NCBI RefSeq assembly: GCF_006345805.1
Contig: NC_043004.1
Span: forward strand, 47,802,001-47,866,000
Origin: Octopus sinensis
Lineage: Eukaryota
Reading direction: 5' to 3'
Length of the DNA: 64,000 nt
Shown here: positions 1 to 13,303 of the stretch, piece after piece
How positions within the stretch are numbered: position 1 is the stretch's first letter
How the letters are laid out: every line of letters begins with the position of its first letter
Position numbers and translations under genes: made by a program
The notes under the pieces: model-generated
What the model was told of the DNA's origin: nothing
The model's input: only the letters and a program-made list of their open reading frames with translations
Databases searched by the model: none

Positions 1-165
1 TGTTCTTGAGCAAAACACTTCATTTCAGGTTGCTCCAGTTCACTCAGCTGGCAAAAATGAGTAACGCTGCGATGGACTGGCGTCCCGTCCAGCTGGGGAA
101 CACATACGCCATAGAAACCGGGTAACCGGGCCCATGAGCCCGGGTAGGCTTTTAAAGGGCGCATT
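1..165 (+). mobile_element. tRNA-derived SINE, 3' portion (CORE-like central block plus GAAACCGGG-type tail)
   Basis: TTCTTGAGCAAAACACTT central block. The tail gtaacgctgcgatggactggcgtcccgtccagctgggg...gggcccatgagcc...ggctttaaaagggc matches the reverse complement of the SINE tail at 16601-16700. Confidence 0.75.
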
Positions 166-212
166 TATTTATTTATGCATTTTCTATTATATATATACAC
201 AATAAACTCTTC

Positions 213-280
213 CCTTATATATATAAGTAACTTCAGCCGTCCTTTAAACCATGACCCTGAAGTGACTTATATATATAAGG
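213..280. repeat. Short inverted repeat: 24-bp arms (23/24 match), 20-bp loop
   Basis: 213-236 ccttatatatataagtaacttcag vs 257-280 ctgaagtgacttatatatataagg. Confidence 0.85.
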
Positions 281-289
281 AAACTGTTA

Positions 290-344
<55 letters not shown>

Positions 345-517
345 CAGAATATGTATATGAGTCAAAACAATTTGTTGGCCATTTTGGTTTTTTTATAATT
401 GTTTATGTTATATAATATTATATTATATTCATAGTATATATGAAATATTATAATATTATAATATCATATAAATAAATTATTGGATTGTCAATAGTATCTC
501 TCTATTTAATTTATCTT

Positions 518-595
<78 letters not shown>

Positions 596-614
596 ATAAA
601 TATGTATATATGTG

Positions 615-646
<32 letters not shown>

Positions 647-1260
647 ATATATATATATGTTATAGGATTCAGTAGAATCTAGGCCAAAAATAGTTAGGTA
701 TAATAACACAAGCTTCATTGTAAGGTAAACAATAATGAAGGTACTGAGTTTTGGTAGGTTACTATAGATATGTAACTATGGAATCCGACTTAAATCATTG
801 AACCGACACTAAAGTCGGTTCCACTTGTGCCATAGGTATGAAGAGAGAAAATAAATGGTGTTTAAAATTTACGACTGGATTTTCATTAGAATTTCATTGA
901 TGTATACAATGATTACATAACATATAATCGGCTATTCACAACGTTGCCCAATCTAGAGGTCATCATATTCAGTACAAATTGGCGTAATTTCAACAAGACC
1001 CGTCACAATCCAAATAATATTATCGTTATCATTATCATTTTCATCTTTTTCAATTGTATTTCCATTTCCTACCGAGTATCTTCCTGATACCTAGGGTATA
1101 GAAATTAAATATATACCTTCGTAGGCCATTAAAATGAACAAACCAGATTGTTTATTTACAAAGTCATATGATAGAGAAAGATAGAGCGAAAAAGAAATAA
1201 ATGAAAAATAATAAAAGCAAAGGAAGAAAATAAAGGGGATAAAAGAAGAGAAATTCACAG

Positions 1261-2760
1261 CGACAATGCCTTTCTCAGTACATGTGAATTACCAGTCAAG
1301 ACAATGTTTTGCACTTCCTGCATGGATGGTAAGCCATTCTTAAATAATTTTCAGTTCCCTTTTTGATCATGCCCAGTGGTCCTGCAATCACGGGTATTGT
1401 AACCGTCTTAAGATGCCACATCTTTTCGATTCAATTAGCAAAATTTATATTTTCTGAGATAATTAAATTCTTTTGCCGAGATATTATGGTCACAGGGCAT
1501 GCTCACGTCAATCAATAAACAGACTTTATTGCTTTGGTCTTTCACAACAACATCTGATTTATTTGTTTGATAGTCTGGTCTGTACATCCTAGTCTGTACA
1601 GCTCAATGTGGTTCATGTACCATTTGTCAGCAGTTTTATTTGATCATGCCGACACATTATCCAATGTAGATATTGGTCAACACTGTCATGTCTTGATTTG
1701 TACTCTACAGGCGCTAAAATTATACATCCATATATTAGGTGGCCCACTCTTTCAATCCCATCGGCACTTTGGGTCTAATCTATTTTTTATCACATTCGTT
1801 TGATAGTTCCGAGTCAATAAATTCTCATCTTGGATAGCCAAGATAAAGCCCTCATTCTCTGCCTTTAGCTCCGTAACCACCGTCAGGGGTACTTCTGGTT
1901 TACATCATCTTGTTTGCTACGGGCCGCATATAGGCCTTGCAGAGATTTTTGTTCCCACCTATCATCCAATTTTTCAAACGCATTTTGCTTTGCTATTGAT
2001 TTCACCTTCTTTGCAACTACAGTTACCGCACTTCTATCATGCTGTTCAACCTGCGTATTATGCATAAACACACTGGAAAATTGTTTACTCTTTTTCATAA
2101 CAGAATGAACCTTCTACGTCCCTTGTGGCTTTCAACTCGCTTTAGCATCCTGTCGTTAGATGTTTCAAAATAGTTGTGGTGGTTTCGTAAGAGAGTTCAA
2201 GCTGGATGAAGCCTCAAACCCCTTGAGCTCTTGGAAGGTAAAGACGATCTGCATCTGCTTTTGGGTGGTGCATCTTATTGCAAGTGAGCAGCTTACATAT
2301 TTTCCTGTCAATCTTCCTTATTTCGCTCATATTTCATTTCAACGCATTGAAACTGTAAATAACAAACGGAATTGCTTAGGAATTAATAGATAACACCTTT
2401 TAACTCGGACTTATATTTATAGATAACACCATTTAACTCGGAATTTAGGACTGTTCGAATTCTCCTCTAATATTCCTTTCTCATTTTCTCTTTCACGATT
2501 GCATGCCGAATGCCAGAACTCTCATTTATACTGAGGTATTTGCAAGTTTGTTCCTGCTCGACTAATTTTATAACTGTGTCAGCTTAGTAGTCCTTCAAGC
2601 TTATTATCGTTTTTAACCATACAGTTCTAAGTCATCCATTTAAACTCGATGACTTCTTTTCTTGTCGCCAATTTTATACCCATACCCAGTTCTATTATTA
2701 CGGAAAGCACTCTCCATCTCAAATGGAATAAATATGGTGATAATTTTAGTATTCATGGCA
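1261..2760 (-). pseudogene. Decayed Dong/R4-like non-LTR retrotransposon, 3' fragment (RT C-terminus plus restriction-like endonuclease)
   Basis: Minus-strand translation across stops and frameshifts gives MDDLELY, HHPKADADRLYLPRAQG, ELKAEDEGFILAIQDENLLTRNYQ, DVVVKDQSNKVCLLIDVSMPCD, EKMWHLKTVTIPVIAGPLG and VLTGNSHVLRKALS. Confidence 0.8.
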
Positions 2761-2832
2761 AAACAACAGTGCCCTTACTACTCTTGGCGTCTGAAGGATG
2801 CCCGGTACTCAGTTATAATGAAAGTAAACAAT

Positions 2833-2833
2833 A

Positions 2834-2907
<74 letters not shown>

Positions 2908-2947
2908 CAACAACAACTATAATAATAATAATAATAATAATAATAGC

Positions 2948-3010
<63 letters not shown>
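2833..3010. repeat. (AAT)n/(AAC)n microsatellite
   Basis: Direct reading. Confidence 0.95.
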
Positions 3011-3011
<1 letters not shown>

Positions 3012-3566
3012 GCCCTGATGCAGCACAAGGCAGTGGCTCTCATGGCTTCTGATCTAAACTGATTGGAAGTGTTATCATGTACATTGTTTTGTTTCTGTAT
3101 AAAAGATGGGCTACAGCAAATATTCTGCTCAATACCACAGGTTTGCTTGTCTGTTGTTTGACCTTAACCAGTTGACCATGTCCCTTTGTGGTTGATGATA
3201 TGTGCATCTCTGATCACGAGCAGAAGTAGTTGGGAAGCGTCATAGCCGTGAGTTGAAAGGAATTCTTAGAGGTTTGGATAATTCACCTTTGGAAACATTG
3301 GTGGTTTGTTCAACATCCTTAAACAATCCTTATTCAGGGACCTTTTGAGCGGTATGGATTACTCGTCCAGAAGAAAATTCTAACTGGGTCCCACCTGTAA
3401 GGTCATGCGCTGTTTATCTTGATATGTGAGAACCATGTCGCGCAAATATGGTTGTGATGCATGTACCTGGTGTACCGTTATCAGACAGGTAGTCATGATG
3501 GGTACACTGGGCTTCGTATATTTTACCCCAGTGTTACTTTCATGGCATGCACTGCTCTCTCACTCA
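3011..3566 (+). mobile_element. ~555-bp non-coding insert bounded on both sides by (AAT)n, probably a non-autonomous retroelement
   Basis: Complex sequence with sharp borders to (AAT)n tracts at 3010 and 3567 and no ORF of its own. Only one copy in the window; the family and orientation are inferred. Confidence 0.45.
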
Positions 3567-3632
3567 ATAATAATAATAATAACAACAAGAAGAAGAAAAA
3601 TAAAATTTATAATAATAATGTTGATGATGATG

Positions 3633-3684
<52 letters not shown>

Positions 3685-3700
3685 TAATAATAATAATAAC

Positions 3701-3789
<89 letters not shown>

Positions 3790-3802
3790 TAACAAAAATA
3801 AT
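3567..3802. repeat. (AAT)n/(GAT)n microsatellite
   Basis: Direct reading. Confidence 0.95.
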
Positions 3803-4789
3803 AAGCTCTGCGCTGAATAACAAGATGGATGTGCTACACCGGGCTCTCCATTCAAAAGCAAATCTAATGTAATAACACCGGTGGAATGGGATTAAGGTAC
3901 CCGAGGAAGACTTGAAGGAAGCGGCATTTTAACGAAAATAATCAGAAAAACGAAATATTACTGGGTACTGCCATACAAAGCACAGTTTCTCCTACGCATG
4001 CTGTCTCACTGAAACATGTGCGAAACACACACGCGAAATCAACATCGAAAAGTTTACAAATTATAGAATAGAAATGGAACAAACAGTAGGTGCAGGAATT
4101 GATTAATTACGCATACACTCGAATGTCTACACAATCGTATATATATGTTAATACCTATATGACTACATATGGGTATTAGCAAAAAAAAAAAAAAATTTTT
4201 TTAGTTTTCGAACCAAGAGAGACAGTGAACAATTCATAAGTTTAAAAACACCACAAAAAGCTATACCTGGAGATAAATCTATCAAAAAAATAATTCTGAC
4301 GAATACAGATCTGTTAGCCTTAAGAATCTACGTTACGAGCAATGTTTTCAGAGAACTCCGAGGCGGTGTTATCTCAAAAAATTAATCCTAAACAGACAGA
4401 TCCGTCCCCTAATGTTAACGTCCAGGCTTGTCATGCCTCAATGATAAAAAAAAAACCAAAACACAAGCTGGATCAGCCGTCACCCGGTTCACCAAGGCTC
4501 GCGTACTCGAATGATGAACCAGCTTGTATACGGAAAAATCATCTACTATCTTCCCGACACACAGGAGTTGGAAGTAGCTTACAACCGGAATATTCCAAAA
4601 GATGGCTATCCACGCTCATCATCAAATAACCAAAAGAAAAGAATGCAAAAAGGTCCAGGAGTCATAATAAAGAAGTTCCAAAGCCTTCTATCATGCCGTG
4701 TATTTCTGCACCAATAAATCTAATACTGTACAAACCTACTTAAACTGGTGGCATATTCTCTAATGTTTTGCGTTCTTGTCACATTTTGT

Positions 4790-5014
<225 letters not shown>

Positions 5015-5938
5015 GTTGACAGGTTCATCGTATTTATGTAGAAATAAATTATGGTTCAGTAGATTAGTTTTTGTAGCCTAACACAGCAGAGATTAAGCAT
5101 TGTTGAGATCAATAAACATAAATTCAATTTAATTTGTTTATGTCGAATTGATTTCCTGTCTTATTAACAATGGTTTGCCAGTAATTTAGCAGTTTCATGG
5201 GATAAAATCTCATTGAATACTTGGAAATAAAGATCTTTGTAGTCTTAAAGAGCAGCAGCAAACCGAATTGGCAGAATGACGTGTCGGACAGTCAATCGTG
5301 AGTTTACCGATTCGTATCACATCATGGGTTCTGAGCTGTATCCATGTTCATTATAATTAGCTCAGAATCGACAAATGCAGCTGGCTGTAAATATCCTGTT
5401 GTAGACAAATGAGGATCTTTATTTATGGATATCTTCGTATACTTGCTGTAATGAATACAGAATGGCTGAATTGTCAATAAGTTCAATACCCAATCAAGAG
5501 AACTCGGCTTCGATACCACGTCTTGCATACGTAAAATATAGAGTGGTGAGAAAATGACCTAGTCCAACCGTTAGGAGAACGTAAACACACCAGCGGTGTC
5601 AAGCGGTGGTAAGGGAACACAAACATATACGCACGCGCACGCACACATATAAAGGGGTGTCACTTTATACTCGGCCTTGGAAACGTGCGAAAGCACTCTC
5701 TTCCACCGATTGTAACGATCAATAGCACAACCTTAATATCTTATGGTGAACAGAAAAAATGCACAAGAACAACGAATATAAAACCATTGCTGAAACTATA
5801 CGAGGTAAAAAAATATATTAAAGAAAGGGAAAACCTAAAAAGTGGCGAAAGAAATAAACAAAAGTCATAAGAAAGTTGAATCACCCCAGAAAAAACATTG
5901 TACGGCCCAGAGGTGAGCGCCAGGAAGACGAGGACATA

Positions 5939-5984
<46 letters not shown>

Positions 5985-5988
<4 letters not shown>

Positions 5989-6150
5989 AGAGTTCACGAA
6001 AAAAACAAAAGACGAAAACAGGTGGTGTACAAAACAAACAGATGTATTAGTATAACACTCAGGAATAGAAAGAGTCTTTTACGTTTCGAGCCTACGCTCT
6101 TCTACAGAAAGTGACACAGAAAAAACAACGAGAGAAAAATGTGTGTAGTA
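5985..6150 (-). mobile_element. ~165-bp (TA)n-flanked interspersed repeat, Penelope-terminus-like, with non-canonical hammerhead-like motif (copy 1)
   Basis: Reverse complement matches 32467-32625 and 50390-50573. Contains cttt-CTGTAGA-a-gagc-gtag-gctc-GAAA-cg-TA-aaag. Confidence 0.7.
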
Positions 6151-6178
6151 TATATGATCTATCATATATATATTTATT

Positions 6179-6229
<51 letters not shown>

Positions 6230-6247
6230 TTATATATATATATGTAT

Positions 6248-6298
<51 letters not shown>

Positions 6299-6362
6299 TA
6301 TATATATATGTATATATATATCATATATATATATGTATGTATATATATATATATCATATGTA

Positions 6363-6407
<45 letters not shown>

Positions 6408-6495
6408 TTATATATATATAAATAAACATATATATATATATATATATATAATATATATATAATATATATATTATATATATATATATATATATATT
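6150..6495. repeat. Long degenerate (TA)n microsatellite
   Basis: Direct reading. Confidence 0.95.
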
Positions 6496-7004
6496 GAAAC
6501 ATCTTTGGAATTTCGAGGCGAAATATTTTATTTTCAAAAGTCTATTTTAGACATTTAAATTAGAAAGCTACTGAAATGTTATCCAGGGACTTATAAACCT
6601 GAGACAAAAGAAGGTTATGAGCATGCTAAGGTATCCATAACCCGTCCTGCTTTAAAAATGGTAATGGTCCCCTTCGAGTGCAAAGAACCCAATCAATACA
6701 AATAAAGAGAGAGAGAGCTGACTGGGTTTAGCTAGAGGTTTCCCAAATGTGACTCAGCAGACAGCTTTCTTTTTTATTGCAATTTTTTTTCGTAATTAAA
6801 TATCTTGTTTTATTATCATGTCTATATTATTACATCTATTTCATTTTTTTTATTACACTTGTAATATGTCTATTATTTACCATCCGCAACTTCGCACATG
6901 CTTATATATAACACCCCCCCCCCCCGCCGCCACCTATTTTGAACTCCTTACTCTTACCATTCTTTGTGTCTTATTGAACTTTCTGAAGTCAAAGAAATCA
7001 TCAT

Positions 7005-7062
7005 TATCGTCGTCATCATTATTATCATTATCATCATCATCATCATCATCATCAACATCATC

Positions 7063-7105
<43 letters not shown>

Positions 7106-7187
7106 CCATCACCATCATCATCATCATCATCATCATCATCGTCATCGTCATCATCATCATCATCATCATCATCACCATCACCATCAC

Positions 7188-7222
<35 letters not shown>

Positions 7223-7229
7223 CCATCAC

Positions 7230-7262
<33 letters not shown>
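7005..7262. repeat. (CAT)n microsatellite
   Basis: Direct reading. Confidence 0.95.
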
Positions 7263-8050
7263 ACTTATCATCGTCGTTACCATTATAATTATTATGGACA
7301 CGTTCTTGTTTTTTCTCGTTGTTATTGTCGTATTTGTCATTGTTCTCGTCATTGCTGTTCCTTGACATGACAAAACTTGTTTATACATATTTTGCGAGAT
7401 CAGAAAGTTTGAATTATTTCTCCGTTTTTACTGAACGAGAAATATTGGGTTTTATTATTTGACAAGGAAACCGGTCGGAAAGTCCATATGTGCATTTTCC
7501 AACGTGGAGTGTGCTTTAAGGCTTGTACGTTAGACATTTGGTTTTCTTTTTATATCTTGCTAGCAAATACATTGCAAAGATGGCGCCAGCAATAAAAAAA
7601 AAAGCCAAAAATGTCCCCAGAAGCACAGATGATCAGAACATATTTTACAAAGAGAAAAGAAACAATGTGAACATTAATAAATGCACAAACACGCACAACT
7701 CAATAAAACTATAAAAGAAAAGTCTGTCCTTGAGCATTAACGATGGAGAAGCACAAAATGTGGATGACGATGACTACAACAATAACAACAATATTAATTC
7801 ACGTTTGTCTGTAGAACATTAAAACGAAAATATTTTTGAACACGTCAACTATCTATGATGCTAGCGTAAGAGAAAGGCTGGATACAACTAAACTCCCATA
7901 AAGACTGTAGTGTTATGTGAAGCAATGACAGTACCACCTTTCCCTATCAGTATGTTCTAGAAAAGGTAAGGATGAGCAGCACATTTTTGTGTATACCGAA
8001 AAATGACAGGGACTTTCAGTCGACTTTTCTGTGAGAAGAGTTATTATACA

Positions 8051-8088
8051 GGCGCGGGAGTGGCTGTGTGGTAAGTAGCTTTGCTAAC
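8051..8088 (+). mobile_element. 5' end (box A) of a SINE split by the Tx1-like LINE
   Basis: ggcgcgggagtggctgtgtggtaagtagctttgctaac matches the head of the intact copy at 51626-52040 (-). The rest of the SINE resumes at 13532. Confidence 0.85.
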
Positions 8089-8478
8089 CTGACTGACAGA
8101 AGAGTGACTTTGCCTACCGTACTACGGTTTGGACGCGTTTTCTTCCCGGTAAGAGTTTTGCTGTGTTGTTAATTGTTGAATTCCTACTACTGAAAATTTG
8201 CCTTTAAACGTTGCTGAACTGTCTTGTTCTCCGGTTTTACCGGGAAATAATTGAATAATTTCTTACCGTTGAACTGTTAGCCACTGTGGCTTTTTATTTA
8301 CGTGACTATATATAGTCCTGCCAGACTATTTTCGTGCCCCTCCCCCGAATGGGGGTAGGAATTGGAATTTTTGAACTGCTTTTTTGAACTACTTTGGAAG
8401 AAAAACTTTCTATAGGTTTCCCAGTTTTGTGGGAAACCAATACTCGTAATTTTTGTGTTGTCTAATTTCAACAAAATA

Positions 8479-9885
8479 ATGTCTGTTGAAATTATTCACG
8501 AAAGTAGTGATCTTGAGGAGAGCAATGTTAAAAAATTTTCTGAGGTAGCCGCAGTGGCTACCGAGAACATTGACATCGATGTCAACCAGCTCGTCGAGCT
8601 ATTTAAAAGAATGCAAGAGGAGGGTGGTGATGTTAAAATATCACCCTCCGCCAGTATCGTGGAGAGCGAGAAGCGGACCGTAGTGTTTAAAACTTTCTGT
8701 TCACAAAGCAGAAGGTTCAAACACTTTGAAAAAAGCACCATCGAGAAATGCCTGTCCCCGATTTGGAAGGACATCGTGTACGTCGCCAGGGGACGGGCAT
8801 ATGGCACTGTGGATGTCCGCTTCTCGGGGGAAGAAATGGCCCGCGGGCATTCTGTGAACCCCCTAAAAACCAAGGAGGTGGTACTTTTCCCAAGCTATAG
8901 GGGACGCAGGACGTCCCGGGTTAGGATTGTAGAAGCCCCGCCGGAAGTAGATCCGGTAGAGGTAGTGGCCGCCCTGTTATATAAAAGGGCGGACAAAATA
9001 AAAATACTAGAAGTAACATGCTCTACCCCTCGATTTTGGCTCGGGCGTAACATTAATATATTAATTCAAGGAACAGCGGAGGACCTGCAGCTCCTTCCTG
9101 AGAGGGTGCTCGTGGGCGAGAACGTAGCCCTCAGGATACAGGTCGAAGGCCGAAAACCCACCTGTTACGCCTGCGGCAAAAAGGGCCACATTCGTGTAGA
9201 CTGTCCAGACAAGCAAAAGAAACCGCAGACACCAGGCCCCTCAGATAATAAAAAAGTCCCTACCCTTGCAAACACACCTACCCCTACAAAAACAAAAAAT
9301 CCCACTCCTGCTGTTACGGTGCCAACCCCAAAACAGACTGAAGAAAAACCCAGCCCTCGCACTCACAAACCCCTACACTATTAAAACCTCCCACCCCCCT
9401 AAAAACTGCGGCGCCTACCGAACAAACTATTGCTACCCCAGACGATACCATGGAGGTATCAGAGGGGGGATTTACACCAGTTCGTAAAAGAATTCGTGCA
9501 GCATCCCCGTCCACATCCCCTACAAAAAATAAGAAAAACAAAGACACACCACAGACACGGAAAAAAAAATCCCGCTCAACTGGCCCAGAAAAAGAAGACA
9601 AAAAAAAAAGAAAATGAACTCATATTAATTGAATTCGACACACAAGACAAATACATAAACGATATTGTGGTTCAGCATCAGTCAGCAAGACTGTACAACA
9701 AATACAAAGATCGAAATAGACACGCGTGGATTGCGGAAACAACGTTCAAACAATTAAAAGACAGATACCCAAACGCCATCCGGCATATCGCGAACTTGCC
9801 GGACTATCTGAAGAAAGAGGAGAAAGAAGGGGCCCACAAACGTGTGGTGAGGTCGGCCCCCACCTCTCCAACGAAATGTAAGTAG
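8479..9885 (+). CDS. LINE ORF1 (gag-like, CX2CX4HX4C knuckle CYACGKKGHIRVDC), interrupted by about 2 frameshifts near 9380 and 9600
   Basis: ORF 8455-9384 contains VEGRKPTCYACGKKGHIRVDCP. It continues in shifted frames (DTMEVSEGGFTPVRKR; ORF 9430-9885) to just before ORF2. Confidence 0.8.
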
Positions 9886-9902
9886 AACTTTTACTTTTTG
9901 TA

Positions 9903-12900
9903 ATGGCTTCGCTAAACCTTGGTTGTTTAAATGTGCGTGGTCTGAGTTCGAAGTGGAAGCAGGCTTGTTTCCTCGACGACCTCAGATCACATGATATACA
10001 TGTGATGGTTGCTACAGAGACCAAGCTGGACAACCTACAAACCTTCTCGCCTCTCCTGAATGGCTACGAGAAAATCATGTCTCCTGGCCAGACCGGAGGG
10101 CGAGGGGGCGTAGTGGTACTGATCCGTAAAGACTTGGCTCTACAGACAAGTACAGTCTATGTAGACCCAGAAGGTGGGCTGGTCGTCCTTGATGTGACAT
10201 ACAGCAGTAAGGCCTTCAGGTTGATCGGACTCTATGCACCTTGTGCTAGAGGTTTCCAAACTGATTTTTATCGGCGCCTAGAGGGCTTTCTCGTGACGTC
10301 GAAGACTTTAGTGATATTAGGGGACTTTAATGCTATCGTTGACGTACACATCGATAGCGTTGGCTCGATCTATAGGAAAGTGAACTCACGTCTCGTGGAT
10401 CTGCTTAAGCGGTTTCAGCTAGCAGATCGTTACAGACTTGACCATCCGAACGTCCCAGAGTGGACCTGGATGAGTGGCGACGGAAGGTTCAAGTCTTATC
10501 TAGACAGGATAGTGATAAGAACTAGAGATAAGTCTAGTTTTAGTTGTCCACAGCTCGTCCAGGTGCCCTATACTGACCATAGAATGGTCACGTGTAGACT
10601 GAACATAGATAGCACACTTAAGATAGGAACCGGCTACTGGAAGTTGAACAAGTCTATTTTGACACGCGAGGCATACCGTAGCCGGATTAAGGTGTTGGTG
10701 CAGAGGGCGTTAACCGGAGCCGTGGTTAATAACCGGTGGTGGTTCACCCTCAAAAGAGCCATTCGATTCGAGTCCATTAGATTTAGTAAACAACTAAGAC
10801 TAGATAGGGCTAGAATAGAAGGGCAACTAGTTAAGAACTTAGAGGAGGCGTTGAGGTTGGGCTCTGCATCTCACATTTTAGCGGCGAGAACGGCATTAGA
10901 CCGTCACCTCAAAACCAAACATGAGGGATGTAGAGTCCGGGCTAAAGTACGAGCATTGGGCTGTGAGGGAATTAATGTTGCCGGATGGGCCCGTACGATA
11001 GAAACACAGCGTGGAAACGATGCCACAATTGGGTCTCTTGTTGATGAAAACGGATGCACGATCAAGAAGCGGGACGAGATGTGTGAGGCACTTCACAAGC
11101 ACTTCGCCGAGTTGTTCGGGAGGTGCGGGACGCTGGATCATGGTGAGGCCCTTAGGGACTTCCTGTCTGGTGGCCCGCGCCTCTCGACACGAGAGGCTGA
11201 GTGCTGTGAAGGGCCAATCACAGCCGAGGAAGTAATCGAGGTGTTGGGCAAGTGCCCCGGGGAGAAGTCGCCGGGTCTCGATGGTCTGCCCTATGAATTT
11301 TATAGAAGTATGCCAGACTTGTTCGGGCACCTGCTGGCTAGCGTCTACGCCAACTGGCAGCAGAATGGGAGAATTCCCAAGTCTGCGAGCCGGGGCGCGG
11401 TGACGTTGATCAGGAAGGACCCGAACAAGGGGGACGAGATAGGGAACTTCAGGCCCATAACTCTGTTAAACACAGAGTTAAAGATTCTGGCCAAGGTGCT
11501 AGCAAAAAGGTTGGCGCGGGTCGTGGACAAACTTGTCAGGGAAGCGCAAACGTGCGCTATCCCCGGCAGAACGGTCCACGACAATCTCCACCTTATACGC
11601 TACTCCTTAGAGAGGGTGGGGAAGCTTTCTGGCGCAGGGGGAGCACTGGTACATTTAGACCAGTCCAAAGCATTTGATAGGGTCGACCATCGGTACCTGG
11701 CGGCGGTCCTCGGAGAGGCTGGCCTAGGCCCGACCTTTCGAGGTTGGATCGCTGCTTTGTATAGCGACATCGAGTCTGTAGTCAAGGTGAACGGTTCCTT
11801 TTCGAAGCCGTTCAGGATCGAGTGTTCAGTTCGTCTAGGGTGTCCCCTGTCCTCGCTCCTATACATATTGGCTCTTGAGCCTTTGCTGCGGAAGTTGGAG
11901 GCACTAGGGGGCGCGCCGCATGATCTATGGTGTGGAAGAGGAGCTATGGCGTATGCGGATGACACCTCCATCATCGTGGCAGACGAAGGCCAGCTTCCAG
12001 TGGTGGAAGAGGCCATCAAAAGCTACGAGGCGGTGGCAGGAGCAAAGGTTAACAAGGACAAGTCGGTCGGTTTGCAACTCAGCACCTGGACGGGCAAGCC
12101 GATGCCGTCCAATAACGTCGTAGGGCGTTGGACGGAAGGTCCTGTTAAGCTGCTCGGAGTCTGGTTCGGGCCAGACCTCCAGATTGAGAAAAATTGGAGT
12201 GAGGTGGCCAACAAGGTGACCGCTCTAACCCAGACCTGGTCTGGGCGGGCGTTATCCCTGCTAGGGAAGGCGGAGGTGGTGCAGATGTTTATAGCATCAG
12301 TAATCACCTACCGTCTGACCGTGGTGCCTTGCCCCGATTTGTGGCTGAACAAGTTGGAGAGAATCCTTTTCCGATTTTTGTGGAAAGGAGGAAAGCCACT
12401 TGTAAAGCGCTCTGTCTGCTGCCAGAAACCGCTAAAGGGTGGGCTAGGGATGCCTTGGCTGAGGATGCGAAAACTCGCGTTAAGTTGAGGCACCTCTGGC
12501 TTTACCTGGATGGAGAGCAGGTGTGGTCGCCGCACGTCCGGTTCTACCTTCCCCAGTTAACATCCCTAACGGACATCGGTGCATGGATCAAGCGGAGACC
12601 TAAACTGAGTGAATGGCATTTGGAGTGCCGTCAGGCGCTCCAGCTACTATCTCGGGTGGGCAACGCCGGCAACAGGAGTTCCACCACGGATTTCTATAGC
12701 GGGTTAGTGGAGATTAAGTCCGAAGACACCTTGGGGGAGACCCTGGGCTACGATGAAAATCAGTTGATCAACCTGTTCCGGAGGACGTTCGGGCCGGGGT
12801 ATCTGGATAATTACCAGAAATCCCTAGCCTGGCAGTGTTTCCGTGCGGCTTAACCTGTTTGCGACAAGCTGTCAAGGCACGGTAGTGCCGTCTCGCCGAC

Positions 12901-13303
12901 ATGCCCGCGATGTGAGCAGGATAGGGAGACCGTATTGCACGCATTCGTGGAGTGTCCGGAGTTATCGGGACTGATAGCTTTTGTTGAACAACTGTTGTCA
13001 GTGATGGGAAGAGTACAGCTATCAGCTGAGTCTATCATCGAGATTGTGCCGCCCCCTTTCCTTAACAGGGAAAGAAAGGCCTGTTTTTTCTGTGTAGTAG
13101 CCATACTGAAAGAAACAGTATGGAAGACGCGTACGAAAGGTATAGTGACAGGCACCTTTGTCTCCGGCCAGGGGTTGATTAACTTTTTTAGTTACCACCT
13201 CAGTAGCAAAATCAGGCTGGAGAAGAGGTGTCTGTCACGAGATATGTTTGTGAAAAGATGGAAGCCTGTGGCATACAAGATGGGTATGTTTGGCACCAGG
13301 TAA
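9903..13303 (+). CDS. LINE ORF2: apurinic-like endonuclease, reverse transcriptase and C-terminal CCHC, with two 1-nt frameshifts (~12482, ~12852)
   Basis: APE motifs GCLNVRGL, ETKL, GDFNA, SYLDRI, TDH. RT motifs KSPGLDG, FRPITLLN, LDQSKAFDRV, RLGCPLS, YADD. TCPRCEQDRETVLHAFVEC lies in the third segment. Confidence 0.92.

Noticed and set aside
4190-4720. Possible Penelope or RTE coding remnant
   Set aside because: No GIY-YIG or RT motif could be read convincingly in any frame.
7500-7520. TTAA-bounded terminus suggestive of a Kolobok-type transposon end
   Set aside because: No matching second terminus was found.
8089-8200. HDV-like ribozyme at the LINE 5' end (also considered at 3011)
   Set aside because: I could not assign P1-P4 or the catalytic J4/2 by eye; it would need a covariance-model search.
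10896-12535. Antisense and alternate-frame ORFs inside LINE ORF2 (also 59138-62019)
   Set aside because: Expected shadow ORFs of GC-richer coding sequence, with no recognisable motifs.
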